The notes: generated by a model not told the origin, from the sequence alone. A stretch of 38,668 nucleotides of DNA from an uncultured Acidobacteriota bacterium (GCA_902826465.1 CADEEX010000003.1:1-38668), one strand, 5' to 3'. Shown: positions 25,134 through 34,842, counted from the first letter of the stretch. Made by a program: numbers and translations.

Positions 25134-26407
25134 TGGCTGGTTCCGATGCCTGGAATCGCGCAGTTGGCGGCCCTCGACAGCAACAGCTGCCGCTCGCGCG
25201 TGTTATTCGTCATGCTCGCGGCCTTCTCGAACTCGGCCTTCGCTTCGTGCGTTCTCCCAAGCTTCACGAGAAGATCGGCGCGGACCGCGGGAAGGAGATG
25301 ATACGCGCGAAGGGCCGGTTCTTCAGCCAGTGCATCGACCAGCGACAGCCCGTCCGCCGGGCCGTAAGCCATCGAGATCGCGACGGCACGATTCAGTTCA
25401 ACCACCGGCGAACCGGTCAGTTCCACCAGACCGTCATACAGCGCGACGATGCGGTTCCAGTCAGTGTCTGCCGGGGTGCGGGCGCGCGCATGGCAACCGG
25501 CAATGGCCGCCTGCAGCGTGTATGGACCGAGTGGCTGCGTCAGCGACTCAGCACGTGCCAGCGCACGGAGCCCGCGTGTGATCAGCAGCCGATCCCACTT
25601 GCTGCGATCCTGGTCGAACAGCAGCACCGGCGCGCCGTCCGGTCCCACTCGCGCGCGGCTTCGTGACGCCTGCAACTCCATCAGGGCCAGCAGCCCCCAG
25701 ACCTCTGCGTCGCCTGGGACCAGTCCGACCAGCAGGCGGCCGAGGCGCATCGCTTCCTGACACAGCTCCGGCCTCAGCCAATCGTCGCCGGTGGTCGCCG
25801 AGTACCCTTCGTTGAAAATGAAGTAGATCACCTCCAGCGTCGGAGGAATCCGCGCATGCAGGTCGTCACCCATCGGCACTTCGAACGGCACCTTGGCTTC
25901 GGACAGCGTCCGCTTCGCCCGCACAATCCGTTGCGCCATCGTCGTTTCGGTGGCGAGAAACGCACGGGCGATCTCGGTGGTGGAGAGGCCGGCCACCAGA
26001 CGAAGGGTGAGCGCGACGCGGGCGTCTTTCGACAGCACCGGGTGGCACGCGACCAGGATCAGCCGCAGCACGTCGTCGCCTACGGCATCATCGAGTGCCC
26101 CGACGTCGATCGTCGTGAAGCGCGGTGCGCTGCGCTCGATCTCGCCGTGCTTGTCGGCGATCATTGCGCGGCGGCGGCCGGCGTCGACGGCGCGGTTCTT
26201 GGCCGTGGTCATGAGCCACGCGCCCGGGTTGTCGGGGATGCCGGTGTCAGGCCAGCGCTCGAGTGCAGTGACGAGCGCTTCCTGGGCCAGGTCTTCCGCG
26301 TGATCGACGTCGCGCACGAAGCGCACGAGGCCGCCGATGAGCCGGGCGGCCTCGATACGCCAGATCGCCTCGATCGTTGTGCGCGTCAGCGTCTCGGCGT
26401 CGCGCAT
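25130..26407 (-). CDS. ECF-type RNA polymerase sigma factor with a long C-terminal extension (COG4941 / DUF6596-like)
   Basis: Region-2-like AEDLAQEALVTALERWP ... NPGAWLMTTAKNRAVD and region-4-like LTLRLVAGLSTTEIARAF, plus a ~230-aa helical tail. Shows the classic pairing with an upstream YciI gene. Confidence 0.85.
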   Translation of the reverse strand: MRDAETLTRTTIEAIWRIEAARLIGGLVRFVRDVDHAEDLAQEALVTALERWPDTGIPDNPGAWLMTTAKNRAVDAGRRRAMIADKHGEIERSAPRFTTIDVGALDDAVGDDVLRLILVACHPVLSKDARVALTLRLVAGLSTTEIARAFLATETTMAQRIVRAKRTLSEAKVPFEVPMGDDLHARIPPTLEVIYFIFNEGYSATTGDDWLRPELCQEAMRLGRLLVGLVPGDAEVWGLLALMELQASRSRARVGPDGAPVLLFDQDRSKWDRLLITRGLRALARAESLTQPLGPYTLQAAIAGCHARARTPADTDWNRIVALYDGLVELTGSPVVELNRAVAISMAYGPADGLSLVDALAEEPALRAYHLLPAVRADLLVKLGRTHEAKAEFEKAASMTNNTRERQLLLSRAANCAIPGIGTSQ

Positions 26408-26416
26408 GACCCACCG

Positions 26417-26848
26417 TTACTTCTGCCGCTGTTCGACCGTGGCACGCAGCCGTTCGTCCTGTGCGCGCAACTCGGGTGTGTAGGCCTTGCCGAAGTCTTC
26501 CGCCTCGAAGATGGGACGAATCTCGAGTTCGCCCTCCTCACCAGGCATCGGGTTCGGACAGCGACGCGCCCACTCGACCGCCTCTTCCATCGACCGCACC
26601 TGCCAGATCCAGTAGCCGGCGATCAGCTCCTTGGTTTCGGCAAACGGCCCGTCGACGACGGTGCGCTTGCTGCCGGCGAAGGTGATGCGCTTGCCCTTGA
26701 CGCTCGGCTGGAGTCCATCGCCAGCGAGCATGATGCCCGCCTTCACCAGTTCCTCGTTGTAGGTGCCCATTTCGGTGAGCAGCTGTTCGCTCGGCATAAG
26801 CCCAGCTTCACTGTTTTTCGAGGCTTTGACGATTACCATCACCTTCAT
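26417..26848 (-). CDS. YciI (YCII/DGPF) family protein
   Basis: MKVMVIVKAS... DGPFAETKELIAGYWIWQV is a characteristic YCII-related domain sequence. Confidence 0.85.
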   Translation of the reverse strand: MKVMVIVKASKNSEAGLMPSEQLLTEMGTYNEELVKAGIMLAGDGLQPSVKGKRITFAGSKRTVVDGPFAETKELIAGYWIWQVRSMEEAVEWARRCPNPMPGEEGELEIRPIFEAEDFGKAYTPELRAQDERLRATVEQRQK

Positions 26849-27024
26849 CGCTGTATCCTTTCAGCTCCGGCGCTCTCGCGCCCTGGTTTGTGTGTTCGTC
26901 CAAGCGACGATTGGGCCAGGGCCAGATCGACACGGCTTCTCACTACTTCATCTGGCAACACCTCGGAGAGGCGTGCAGTGGCGCGCGCTTGTGCCGATAC
27001 GAGAATGCAGAGGTTTCGTTCTTG

Positions 27025-27366
27025 ATGCGACAGTCGATTGTTCTTGGCCTGCTCCTGACCACCGCCGCCTGCGCACTGCCCGCGCCGAGCACACCGTCAA
27101 GCGGACCTTTCCGCTTCACGGGCACTGTGTCGGGGATGGAAGGCGCCCGCGCTGGCGGGCCGATCGCCGGGGCAGAGCTGAGCGTCGTCAGCGGTGTGAA
27201 CAGTAACGCCCGGGTATGGAGCGACGCCACCGGCCGCTATGTCTTCGATGGGCTCGAAAGTGGCCGCTTCACGGTGAGCGTGTCTGCGCCCGGCTACCTT
27301 AGTGCCACCCCCGTCATCGATCTCTACCGCGATACAGACGCGAACTTCGCCCTCAAACCTCGGTAG
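27025..27366 (+). CDS. Carboxypeptidase-regulatory-like (CarboxypepD_reg) domain lipoprotein
   Basis: MRQSIVLGLLLTTAAC signal/lipobox, then GAELSVVSG...TGRYVFDGLESGRFTVSVSAPGY, a typical CarboxypepD_reg beta-sandwich. Confidence 0.65.
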   Translation: MRQSIVLGLLLTTAACALPAPSTPSSGPFRFTGTVSGMEGARAGGPIAGAELSVVSGVNSNARVWSDATGRYVFDGLESGRFTVSVSAPGYLSATPVIDLYRDTDANFALKPR

Positions 27367-27405
27367 TAGCGCGCGGCTTCAGCCCGCAAGAGCGTCGCTT
27401 CAGCG

Positions 27406-27957
27406 CTAATAGCGTTCGACGCTGAACTTCTGACCGCCGACGGTGGCTTCATACATCAGGCCGCCAATCGCTGCCGTCACAACCTTCACCCCGTCCGAAT
27501 ACTTGGCGTTCGCGGAAGCGCCTGAAGCCGCCGCCACGGCGCTGGCCTGCGCCGCCAGCGTGAACTTGCCGGCGAGGTAGCGGTCGAGTGCTTCTTTGTT
27601 CTCGAACAGAATCATCTCGATGTACTTCTGACCGCCGAGCTGAAGGCCAATCGTCACCTGCGTCAGGGTCGTCTTGGCGATGGGGGCACCGTTGACGATC
27701 ACCTGCCCGTTGCCGCGGGCGGCGCCAAGGCCGATGCCACCCTTGCCGACGCCAGGGAAGACCGCGTAACCAGCGGCCGCGGCCATTTCGTCAGCCAGGC
27801 TCGGATCGCGCTTCACCAGGGTGTCTGTGGCTTCCTTGGTTTCTTCGGTCATCCGGCTCTTCTCGTCCGCCAGGGCAGGCGTTGGGTGCAACGCATTCAG
27901 CGACAACGCGAAAGCAACGGCGGTGAAACCGGTCCGAATCGAAGTGGCGAACGTCAT
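27406..27957 (-). CDS. SYLF (DUF500 / Ysc84-like) lipid-binding domain protein, secreted
   Basis: AGYAVFPGVGKGGIGLGAARGNGQVI ... GLQLGGQKY ... LAAQASAVAAASGASA matches the SYLF repeat pattern. N-terminal signal peptide present. Confidence 0.75.
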   Translation of the reverse strand: MTFATSIRTGFTAVAFALSLNALHPTPALADEKSRMTEETKEATDTLVKRDPSLADEMAAAAGYAVFPGVGKGGIGLGAARGNGQVIVNGAPIAKTTLTQVTIGLQLGGQKYIEMILFENKEALDRYLAGKFTLAAQASAVAAASGASANAKYSDGVKVVTAAIGGLMYEATVGGQKFSVERY

Positions 27958-28090
27958 GGCACTCTCCTATATCGCAGCCTATCACGCAGAGCCGAACCTG
28001 ACTCTGCCGTATCTTGCGTCGCGCTCGCGAGGCCGAGAGCCCCGTGTTGCTCGTGGCTCGCAAGGACATGCACGGCACGCCTCGAGTCGG

Positions 28091-28096
28091 TAGAAT
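28091..28096 (+). promoter_or_regulatory. -10-like TAGAAT upstream of hypothetical gene 28139
   Basis: An isolated AT-rich hexamer in GC-rich intergenic DNA, about 40 nt upstream of the preferred GTG start. No convincing -35. Confidence 0.25.
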
Positions 28097-28138
28097 TCAG
28101 GCGCCAGTCGGGGCCGGGTGGTTCCCAGGGAGCATTTC

Positions 28139-29014
28139 GTGTCAGAGACAAACGGCAGACTCGAGCTCGACATCGTTGACGTGCACGGCTTTCATCTCAC
28201 CGAGCCGGCGGACGTTCTGGTGCGTCACCATTCGCTGCACGAGCAGCGCCGCGCGCCGTCGGCCGATGCCAGCCGCACCATCGTGATTGACGGGCTTCGC
28301 ACCGAGCCGCAGGGGCTTCACGTGCTCGAGATCGCCACACGGTCGTACCACCGGTTTCGCCAGTTCGTGACCATCCCGTCAACCGGGATCAGGCACGAAA
28401 CCGCAGTGTTGCCGATTCGGGCGGACAAGGCTCGTGGCCTCTTCCCGTCGTATGACGCGCTCGACGAACGGGTGAAGGGCGTGCTCGAGCGCAGCACCAG
28501 CGTGCGTGGCCATGAAGGCCTGTCCGGACGCGCGCTCTACGACGCGCTCCGCGAGGTACCGAAGGCCGGGCTGCTGAACATCGCGAAGAAATCGCTCGTG
28601 ACGACCTTCAAGAACGGCGGCGATCTTCTTCCAAAGATCACATTGCTCGACGCCGTTGGCGATCGCTGCTTCGTTGAGGTGCCCTCGGCGCTGCCGGATC
28701 AGATGCTGGACCTGGTAGACGACGATCTGTTCAAGGCCGTCAATGGCGCCTTGCACGAGGCGCCGCCGGGATTCGCGCCGTCGGGGAGCTATAAGACGCC
28801 CGACGATTTCGGCAACCTGCAGCTCACCTTCTTCCGCAGTCCGGGTGCCTGCCGCGCCGATGTCGATATCGACGATGCTGGAGGGCTCGGGCACGTGTTC
28901 CAGGTGGTGCGCAACACCATCACGGGGGATCCGACACACCCGTTCAACATCCACCAGATTCTGATGAAGCACCAGCATCTCGATGCCGGATACCGGCTGG
29001 TGCCAAACGCGTAG
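28139..29014 (+). CDS. Conserved-looking hypothetical protein (about 291 aa), no recognisable domain
   Basis: Track ORF 28118..29014. GTG 28139 is preferred because AGGGAG lies 6 nt upstream. Composition looks coding, there is no signal peptide, and no motif I can name. Confidence 0.6.
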   Translation: MSETNGRLELDIVDVHGFHLTEPADVLVRHHSLHEQRRAPSADASRTIVIDGLRTEPQGLHVLEIATRSYHRFRQFVTIPSTGIRHETAVLPIRADKARGLFPSYDALDERVKGVLERSTSVRGHEGLSGRALYDALREVPKAGLLNIAKKSLVTTFKNGGDLLPKITLLDAVGDRCFVEVPSALPDQMLDLVDDDLFKAVNGALHEAPPGFAPSGSYKTPDDFGNLQLTFFRSPGACRADVDIDDAGGLGHVFQVVRNTITGDPTHPFNIHQILMKHQHLDAGYRLVPNA

Positions 29015-29027
29015 GAGCCGTTGCATC

Positions 29028-29114
29028 GTCCGCCTGAAGGCGGACACTACGTCAGTGAGTCCGCCCGAAGGCGGACACTACGTCAGTCTCGGTCGTGTCC
29101 GGCTTCAGCCGGAC
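29028..29114. repeat. REP-like cluster: two tandem 31-bp units (GTCCGCCyGAAGGCGGACACTACGTCAGT..) plus a GTCCGGCTTCAGCCGGAC hairpin
   Basis: Hairpins at 29028-29045, 29059-29076 and 29097-29114 fill the gap between convergent genes. The last one abuts the zwf stop. A 23-nt identical string GTCGTGTCCGGCTTCAGCCGGAC is shared with 18512-18534. Confidence 0.9.
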
Positions 29115-30578
29115 CTAGCTCCCGATCCGATTCGGGTCGCGCCACGCCCGCTCGAACGGTAGTCGCCAGGCGTGCGGCGCAATCAGCTGATGAATCGCGG
29201 TTGGTCCCCACGACCCTGGCGCATACAGGTGCACGCGCGGGGGTGATTGCAGCAGCGGTGTGGACACCTGCCACAGGCGTTCAATCCCTTCGGCGGTGTT
29301 GAACAGCGTGTGGTCGCCGCGCATGGCGTCGAGAATCAGCCGCTCGTAGGCCTCGAGCACATCGCCAATCAGGCCGGTGTCGTGCATCGCGAACTGCAAA
29401 CTCAGTTTGTCGAGCCGCATGCCCGGCCCCGGACGTTTGCCATAGAACGAAAGCGATACCTTCGACGCGTCGGCCAGATCGAACGTCAGGTGGTCGGGTC
29501 CGTGTTCGCCGACGCCGGAGCCTGCAGGAAACATGCTCTTCGGCGGTTCCCTGAACGCGATCGAGATGATGCGTTGTCCTTCTGCCAGGCGCTTGCCGGT
29601 GCGGAGGAAGAACGGGACGCCGGCCCAGCGCCAGTTATCGATGAAGCACTTCAGCGCGATGAACGTCTCGGTTTCAGATTCCGGATCGACACCTTCTTCT
29701 GAGCGATAGCCGTTGTACTGGCCACGCACCACGTGCGCGGACTGAATCGGCAGCATGCTGCGAAACAGCTTGTTCTTTTCTTCGCTGATCGGCACGGGCT
29801 CGAGCGACGTCGGCGGCTCCATCGCCATGAACGCGAGAATCTGGAACAGGTGGGTGACCACCATGTCGCGGTACGCGCCGGTCTGCTCGTAGAAGCCGGA
29901 GCGTTTGCCCAGACTCAGCGTCTCCGGCACATCGATCTGCACGTGGTCGATGAAGTTGCGGTTCCAGATCGGTTCGAAGAGTCCGTTGGCGAAGCGGAAC
30001 GCCAGGATGTTCTGCGCCGGCTCCTTGCCGAGGAAGTGGTCGATGCGGAAGATCTGCTCTTCGGAGAACACCTCGTGCAACCTGGTGTTGAGCAGCACCG
30101 CGCTCGTGAGGTCGGTGCCGAACGGCTTCTCCATCACAATCCGCGAGCGTTCCACGAGCTGTGCGTCCGCGAGCATGTGCACCGCGGAGAGCGCGGCGCT
30201 TGGTGGCACGCTCAGATAGTGGAGACGCCGGCTCTCGCCGGTGAAGGTCGCCTCGGCCCTGTGCACCGCGTCCCTGAGCGCGGCCGGTCCTGCGCCGAGT
30301 GGCACGTAGTCGAGACCGCTCGCGAAGGCATTCCACTCGGCGTCGTTGACCTTGCGGTTGAAGAACTCGTCGATCGCACTCTTCGCGAGCTGGCGAAACG
30401 CGTCGGCGTCGAGGTTGTCAAGCGAGACGCCAACGATGCGGCAGCCGGGGATGAAGCCGGCACTCGCGAGGTGATAGAGGCCGGGAATCAACTTGCGGCG
30501 CGCCAGGTCGCCGGTGGCGCCGAAGAGCACCACCACCTGCGCGTGGCGCGGACCGACGTCAGGGGGAATCTTTGCCAC
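29115..30578 (-). CDS. zwf: Glucose-6-phosphate 1-dehydrogenase
   Basis: [18 protein letters not shown] motif and RIDHFLGKE active-site motif; 487 aa. The start is GTG. Confidence 0.95.
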   Translation of the reverse strand: MAKIPPDVGPRHAQVVVLFGATGDLARRKLIPGLYHLASAGFIPGCRIVGVSLDNLDADAFRQLAKSAIDEFFNRKVNDAEWNAFASGLDYVPLGAGPAALRDAVHRAEATFTGESRRLHYLSVPPSAALSAVHMLADAQLVERSRIVMEKPFGTDLTSAVLLNTRLHEVFSEEQIFRIDHFLGKEPAQNILAFRFANGLFEPIWNRNFIDHVQIDVPETLSLGKRSGFYEQTGAYRDMVVTHLFQILAFMAMEPPTSLEPVPISEEKNKLFRSMLPIQSAHVVRGQYNGYRSEEGVDPESETETFIALKCFIDNWRWAGVPFFLRTGKRLAEGQRIISIAFREPPKSMFPAGSGVGEHGPDHLTFDLADASKVSLSFYGKRPGPGMRLDKLSLQFAMHDTGLIGDVLEAYERLILDAMRGDHTLFNTAEGIERLWQVSTPLLQSPPRVHLYAPGSWGPTAIHQLIAPHAWRLPFERAWRDPNRIGS

Positions 30579-30694
30579 TCAATATCCTTCACGAGTCTGA
30601 GCCACGAGCGTTAACCACGACAACACGACAACGCGAACCCCAGCACTGATTGCGTGATGTCGCGCTTTCGTGGCGATGGCACGAGACGATGATG

Positions 30695-31318
30695 TCAACG
30701 GCGCAGGCCCGAGGCGTCGCGCGCCAGGGCGGTGATCGCGGTCCAGTCGCCTGCCGTGACGAGGCTGCGCGGCGTCAGCCACGACCCACCGACACAGGCG
30801 ACATTCGGAAGTGCCAGATACTCCGGTGCAGACGCGGCGGTGATGCCACCCGTTGGACAGAACGTCACGCCTGGGAACGGTCCACCCAGGGCCTTGACCA
30901 TGCCGACGCCACCGGCCTGCTGTGCGGGAAACAGCTTCAGCGCGTTGAAACCGGAGGCACGGGCGGCGATCACATCGGACGGTGTCATCACGCCGGGCAG
31001 CAGCGGCAATCCGGACGCCCGCGCGGCCTCGATCAACGCCGGTGTCAGTCCAGGGCTGACACCGAACCGCGCGCCAGCGTTGATGGCGCGGTTGAAGTCG
31101 TCCGGTGTCGTGATCGTACCGACGCCGACGAACGCGCCTTCTACCTCGCGCGCGATTGCGCTGATGGCCTGCAGCGCCACCGGCGTGCGCAAGGTCACTT
31201 CGAGCACGCAGACGCCACCGGCGACGAGGGCCCGTGCCAGTGGGACGGCGTGAGCGAGATCGTCGATCACGATGACCGGAATCACCGGTCCGAGGCGCAT
31301 CAGGTCGAGCACGTTCAT
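30695..31318 (-). CDS. eda: 2-keto-3-deoxy-6-phosphogluconate (KDPG) aldolase
   Basis: VIPVIVIDD ... LEVTLRTP ... GVGTI ... LKLFPA ... CPTGGI, typical of Eda. The ATG overlaps the edd stop (ATGA). Confidence 0.93.
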   Translation of the reverse strand: MNVLDLMRLGPVIPVIVIDDLAHAVPLARALVAGGVCVLEVTLRTPVALQAISAIAREVEGAFVGVGTITTPDDFNRAINAGARFGVSPGLTPALIEAARASGLPLLPGVMTPSDVIAARASGFNALKLFPAQQAGGVGMVKALGGPFPGVTFCPTGGITAASAPEYLALPNVACVGGSWLTPRSLVTAGDWTAITALARDASGLRR

Positions 31319-33216
31319 GCGGGGCTTTCCTCTGGCAGGTCCATGCGATCGTGCATGGCGCTGGTGTCGAGAGCGGGCACCACGTCCTCGGCCCCTGGCG
31401 CCTGGAAGGTGATGGCGCCCTGCTCGGCGCCGAGCGCGTTGGCGCGAAACGCGCCAAAGAGCGCACGGCCCAGACCTTGATGATAGTGGCTCAAATCAGG
31501 TACCACGAGCGTTCGTGTCATCCACTGCGGTGCCGGCACTTCGGCCTCGAGCACACCCGTCTCCGCGTCGAGCCGCATCATGTCGCCATCTCGTACGCGC
31601 GCCAGCGGGCCACCGGCCAGGCACTCCGGCGTTACGTGAATGGCCGCGGGAATCTTCCCCGACGCACCCGACATGCGTCCGTCAGTCACCAGCGCCACGT
31701 GGAACCCCTGATCCTGCAACACGCCGAGTAGCGGCGTCAGCTTGTGCAGCTCCGGCATGCCGTTGGCACGCGGCCCCTGATAGCGCAGCACCGCCACGAA
31801 GTCGCGCTGCAGTTCGCCGCGATCGAACGCCGCCATCACCGCTTCCTGGCTGTCGAACACGATCGCGGGCGCGCGCACCGTCCGGTGCTCGGCCTTCACG
31901 GCTGACGTCTTCATAATGGCGCGGCCGACATTGCCCGTAAGCAGCTTCATGCCGCCGTCGGTGCTGAACGGTGCGCTCACAGTGGAGAGCACCGTGCTGT
32001 CGCCGCTCACGGAAGGGGCATCGCGCCAGGCGAGCTGGCCGTCATCGAGCCACGGCTCCTGTCGATAGCGTTCGAGTCCGCCATCGCCGGCCACGGTACG
32101 GACATCAGCGTGCAGCAGCTTCGCGTCGAGCAACGCGCCGATCACGTAGCCCATGCCACCGGCCGCATGGAAATGGTTCACGTCGGCCTTACCGTTCGGA
32201 TACACACGGGCCACGAGCGGGATCACTTCCGACAGATCGCGGAAGTCGTCCCAGGTGATCACGACGCCCGCCGCTCGGGCGATCGCCACAAGGTGAATGG
32301 TGTGATTGGTCGATCCGCCGGTGGCCAGCAGCCCGACGATGGCATTCACCAGCGTCCGTTCGTCGACGACCTCGCCAATCGGCGTGTATTCGGCGCCGAG
32401 CGCCGTGATGGCGAGGGCGCGCGTGGCGGCGGCGGCGGTGAGCGCGTGGCGCAGTGGCGTATCGGGGTTCACGAAGGCGGCGCCCGGCAGGTGCAGTCCC
32501 ATCACTTCCATCAGCATCTGGTTGCTGTTGGCGGTGCCGTAGAAGGTGCAGGTGCCGGGGCCGTGGTACGACTTCTCTTCCGATTCGAGCAGTGCCTCGC
32601 GTCCCACTTCGCCTTTGGCGAAGCGTTGCCGCACTTTGGCTTTCTCGTCGTTCGAGACGCCGCTCGCCATCGGGCCGCCGGGGACGAAGATCGTCGGCAG
32701 GTGGCCGAACTGCAGCGCGCCGATGAGCAGGCCCGGCACGATCTTGTCGCAGATGCCGAGGCACAGCGCCGCATCGAACATGTTGTGCGAGAGCGCAATC
32801 GCGGTCGACATCGCGATCACATCGCGACTGAAGAGCGACAGTTCCATGCCCGGTTCGCCCTGGGTGACGCCGTCGCACATTGCCGGCACGCCGCCGGCGA
32901 ACTGTGCCGTGCCGCCTGCTTCGCGCGCCGCCTGTTTGATCAAGGCGGGGAAGCGCTCGAACGGTTGATGCGCCGACAGCATGTCGTTATAGGCCGACAC
33001 GATGGCCAGGTTGGGGCGCTGGTTCTCGCGCAGCATGATCTTGTCCCCGGTGGGTGCCGCCGCGAAGGCGTGGGCAAGATTGGTGCAGCCGAGCGCCTTG
33101 CGGATCGGTCCGCGGCTGAGGGCTGGTTCGAGCCCGCGCAGGTAGGCGTGCCTCGAGTGGAGGCTGCGTTCACGGATGCGGTCGGTGACGCGGGCGAGGG
33201 TGGGATGCAGGGTCAT
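31315..33216 (-). CDS. edd: Phosphogluconate dehydratase
   Basis: Near-collinear with the E. coli Edd N-terminus as I recall it ([10 protein letters not shown] ... [12 protein letters not shown] ... [13 protein letters not shown] ... CDKIVPG). Start moved to ATG 33216 ([10 protein letters not shown]). Confidence 0.95.
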   Translation of the reverse strand: MTLHPTLARVTDRIRERSLHSRHAYLRGLEPALSRGPIRKALGCTNLAHAFAAAPTGDKIMLRENQRPNLAIVSAYNDMLSAHQPFERFPALIKQAAREAGGTAQFAGGVPAMCDGVTQGEPGMELSLFSRDVIAMSTAIALSHNMFDAALCLGICDKIVPGLLIGALQFGHLPTIFVPGGPMASGVSNDEKAKVRQRFAKGEVGREALLESEEKSYHGPGTCTFYGTANSNQMLMEVMGLHLPGAAFVNPDTPLRHALTAAAATRALAITALGAEYTPIGEVVDERTLVNAIVGLLATGGSTNHTIHLVAIARAAGVVITWDDFRDLSEVIPLVARVYPNGKADVNHFHAAGGMGYVIGALLDAKLLHADVRTVAGDGGLERYRQEPWLDDGQLAWRDAPSVSGDSTVLSTVSAPFSTDGGMKLLTGNVGRAIMKTSAVKAEHRTVRAPAIVFDSQEAVMAAFDRGELQRDFVAVLRYQGPRANGMPELHKLTPLLGVLQDQGFHVALVTDGRMSGASGKIPAAIHVTPECLAGGPLARVRDGDMMRLDAETGVLEAEVPAPQWMTRTLVVPDLSHYHQGLGRALFGAFRANALGAEQGAITFQAPGAEDVVPALDTSAMHDRMDLPEESPA

Positions 33217-33431
33217 AAACGGCCTCGTGCTCGCGCTGGGTCCCGCGCGAACATGCCACAAGTGTGCAAGCTCGTTGCCGTTGTTACCGCGTCAATCGCG
33301 CAAAACAGGCGCAAATTCTGCGGCGGCGCTACTGTGGACCGACAACTCTGTGCGACGAGCCATGAATCTCGACATCGTTGTCCGCTGGTTGGTATGCGGC
33401 GTATCTGCGAACCGGTCGTGTGGTCAGAACT

Positions 33432-33451
33432 ATTCAGGACAGATTCAGGAC
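33432..33451 (+). promoter_or_regulatory. Direct repeat ATTCAGGAC-AG-ATTCAGGAC (11-bp period) upstream of gene 33493
   Basis: Two perfect 9-mers one helical turn apart, 42-61 nt upstream of the ATG (Shine-Dalgarno GGAGGTG). The geometry fits response-regulator-type binding sites. Confidence 0.35.
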
Positions 33452-33492
33452 TTACGTTTCGGGCCATGCCACCATCGGCGCGGAGGTGACCT

Positions 33493-34002
33493 ATGAATGT
33501 CGCACAAACCTGGCGTCTGACTTCGTTGATCGTCCTGCTTTCCTCCGTGTCCCCCGCGACCGTGACTGCGCAAGAGGTGAGCTCCGTGACGGCGATGAGG
33601 CCAATCGCCAAGCTTGTCGAAGTGTTTGCGCACGACGGCGATGTCCATCCGACAGTGGTCGGTACGCTACTGCGCCTCGGGCCCGATGCGGCAACCCTCC
33701 TCGTCAACGGTCAGGAACGCGAACTACCGCTGACCGAGGTGGCTCGCATCGAGACGCCCCGTGACGGGCTGAAGAACGGTGCGATCATCGGTGCAATCGT
33801 GCTGGGCAGCTGGTGCGCAATCATCTGCGGGCAGGGGCTCGATAGCGGCGGGCAGCTCTCGGCAGCGATCGTCGCCAACGCGGCGTTGGGCGCATCGATC
33901 GGAGTCGGGTTCGACGCGCTGGTCGGCGGACGCAAGACGATCTACCAGCAACGCGCGCGTCAGGCCGCCGCCCTCGGGTTCGCGTTCAGCTGGCGGTTTT
34001 GA
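33493..34002 (+). CDS. Hypothetical secreted/membrane protein with a glycine-zipper-like C-terminal half
   Basis: Signal peptide MNVAQTWRLTSLIVLLSSVSPATVTAQ, and GAIIGAIVLGSW...ALGASIGVGFDALVGG. GGAGG Shine-Dalgarno. Confidence 0.55.
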   Translation: MNVAQTWRLTSLIVLLSSVSPATVTAQEVSSVTAMRPIAKLVEVFAHDGDVHPTVVGTLLRLGPDAATLLVNGQERELPLTEVARIETPRDGLKNGAIIGAIVLGSWCAIICGQGLDSGGQLSAAIVANAALGASIGVGFDALVGGRKTIYQQRARQAAALGFAFSWRF

Positions 34003-34054
34003 GGCGCGAATGCGAAGCCGCGCGAGCTCAGCTGTTCACAGCGCTGGTATCCCT

Positions 34055-34438
34055 TCAATCCTTTTCTGCCCTGAATCGACCGATCCGGTTGCCCGTGGTG
34101 TCCTCGAGCCGCCACGTCCCGGCGATAGCAGCGTCGGTCGCCTCGAGCCTTCCTGAAAACCGTGCGGGCAGCAGATTGTCCTGTCCGGTCATGATCACGA
34201 ACGTCACGCTGCGGTCGGCGAGCGTTCCGGCGATCGTCGGCACGTTGTCGCACTCGAGCGTGAACGCCTGACCATCCTGCGCGAGCTCGCAGAGAAGCGT
34301 CGCCGGTTCGTCGCTGAAACCGGGATCGAGGTCGAGACGCCAATGCCCGGACATGTTGGCATTGTTGACGGGGGCACCGTTCACGTGCGTCGCCGCGAGC
34401 ACTACCGCAATCACCATCGCCGACGTCAATGACGGCAT
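34055..34438 (-). CDS. Hypothetical small secreted protein
   Basis: Signal-like MPSLTSAMVIAVVLAATHVNGAP. The 127-aa beta-rich sequence has no recognisable motif. Confidence 0.5.
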   Translation of the reverse strand: MPSLTSAMVIAVVLAATHVNGAPVNNANMSGHWRLDLDPGFSDEPATLLCELAQDGQAFTLECDNVPTIAGTLADRSVTFVIMTGQDNLLPARFSGRLEATDAAIAGTWRLEDTTGNRIGRFRAEKD

Positions 34439-34842
34439 GGCTCATTGTGCATCGCTGCCACGGAAGTTTCATACCCGGCGGCCGTTCTGTTCGCCTTCGT
34501 GCTGCCGCTCCAGACCGCGGACGGCGTCATCAGCGACGCCGAGCCCCTCTACCTCGTCGTCGCGGCGAGTGACTCGCCACGTCGGCGCCAGCTGGCCACG
34601 GCAGGCGTGACCGTGTGGTTCGACGCGGTCGGCGGCAAGAAGCAGCTGCGGCACCCGCATCCCCGGTGCCGGATTGCCACCGATACGACGCGTCGCTGAC
34701 CCACGGGGCCGTACTCCCGACGACCGATCCGACGACCGTTACAACTTGTTACAACCGCTCGTGGCGTGTCGCCCATAGCATCGCCGCGGCCCCGAACGCA
34801 CCGCACTCGCGCGTGCGTATGGGCCCAACTGAGGGAGACGAC

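Noticed and set aside
27367-27405. GCGCGGCTTCAGCCCGC / AGCGTCGCTTCAGCGCT between convergent genes, considered as further REP copies or a terminator
   Set aside because: The stems are imperfect (only 4-5 bp, with mismatches). They share the CTTCAGC core, but that is too weak to call as a feature. They may be degenerate REP relics.
30579-31466. 295-aa minus-strand ORF spanning the zwf-eda spacer and eda
   Set aside because: The product is Arg-rich with no motifs and is out of frame with the well-supported eda gene. It is a GC artefact.
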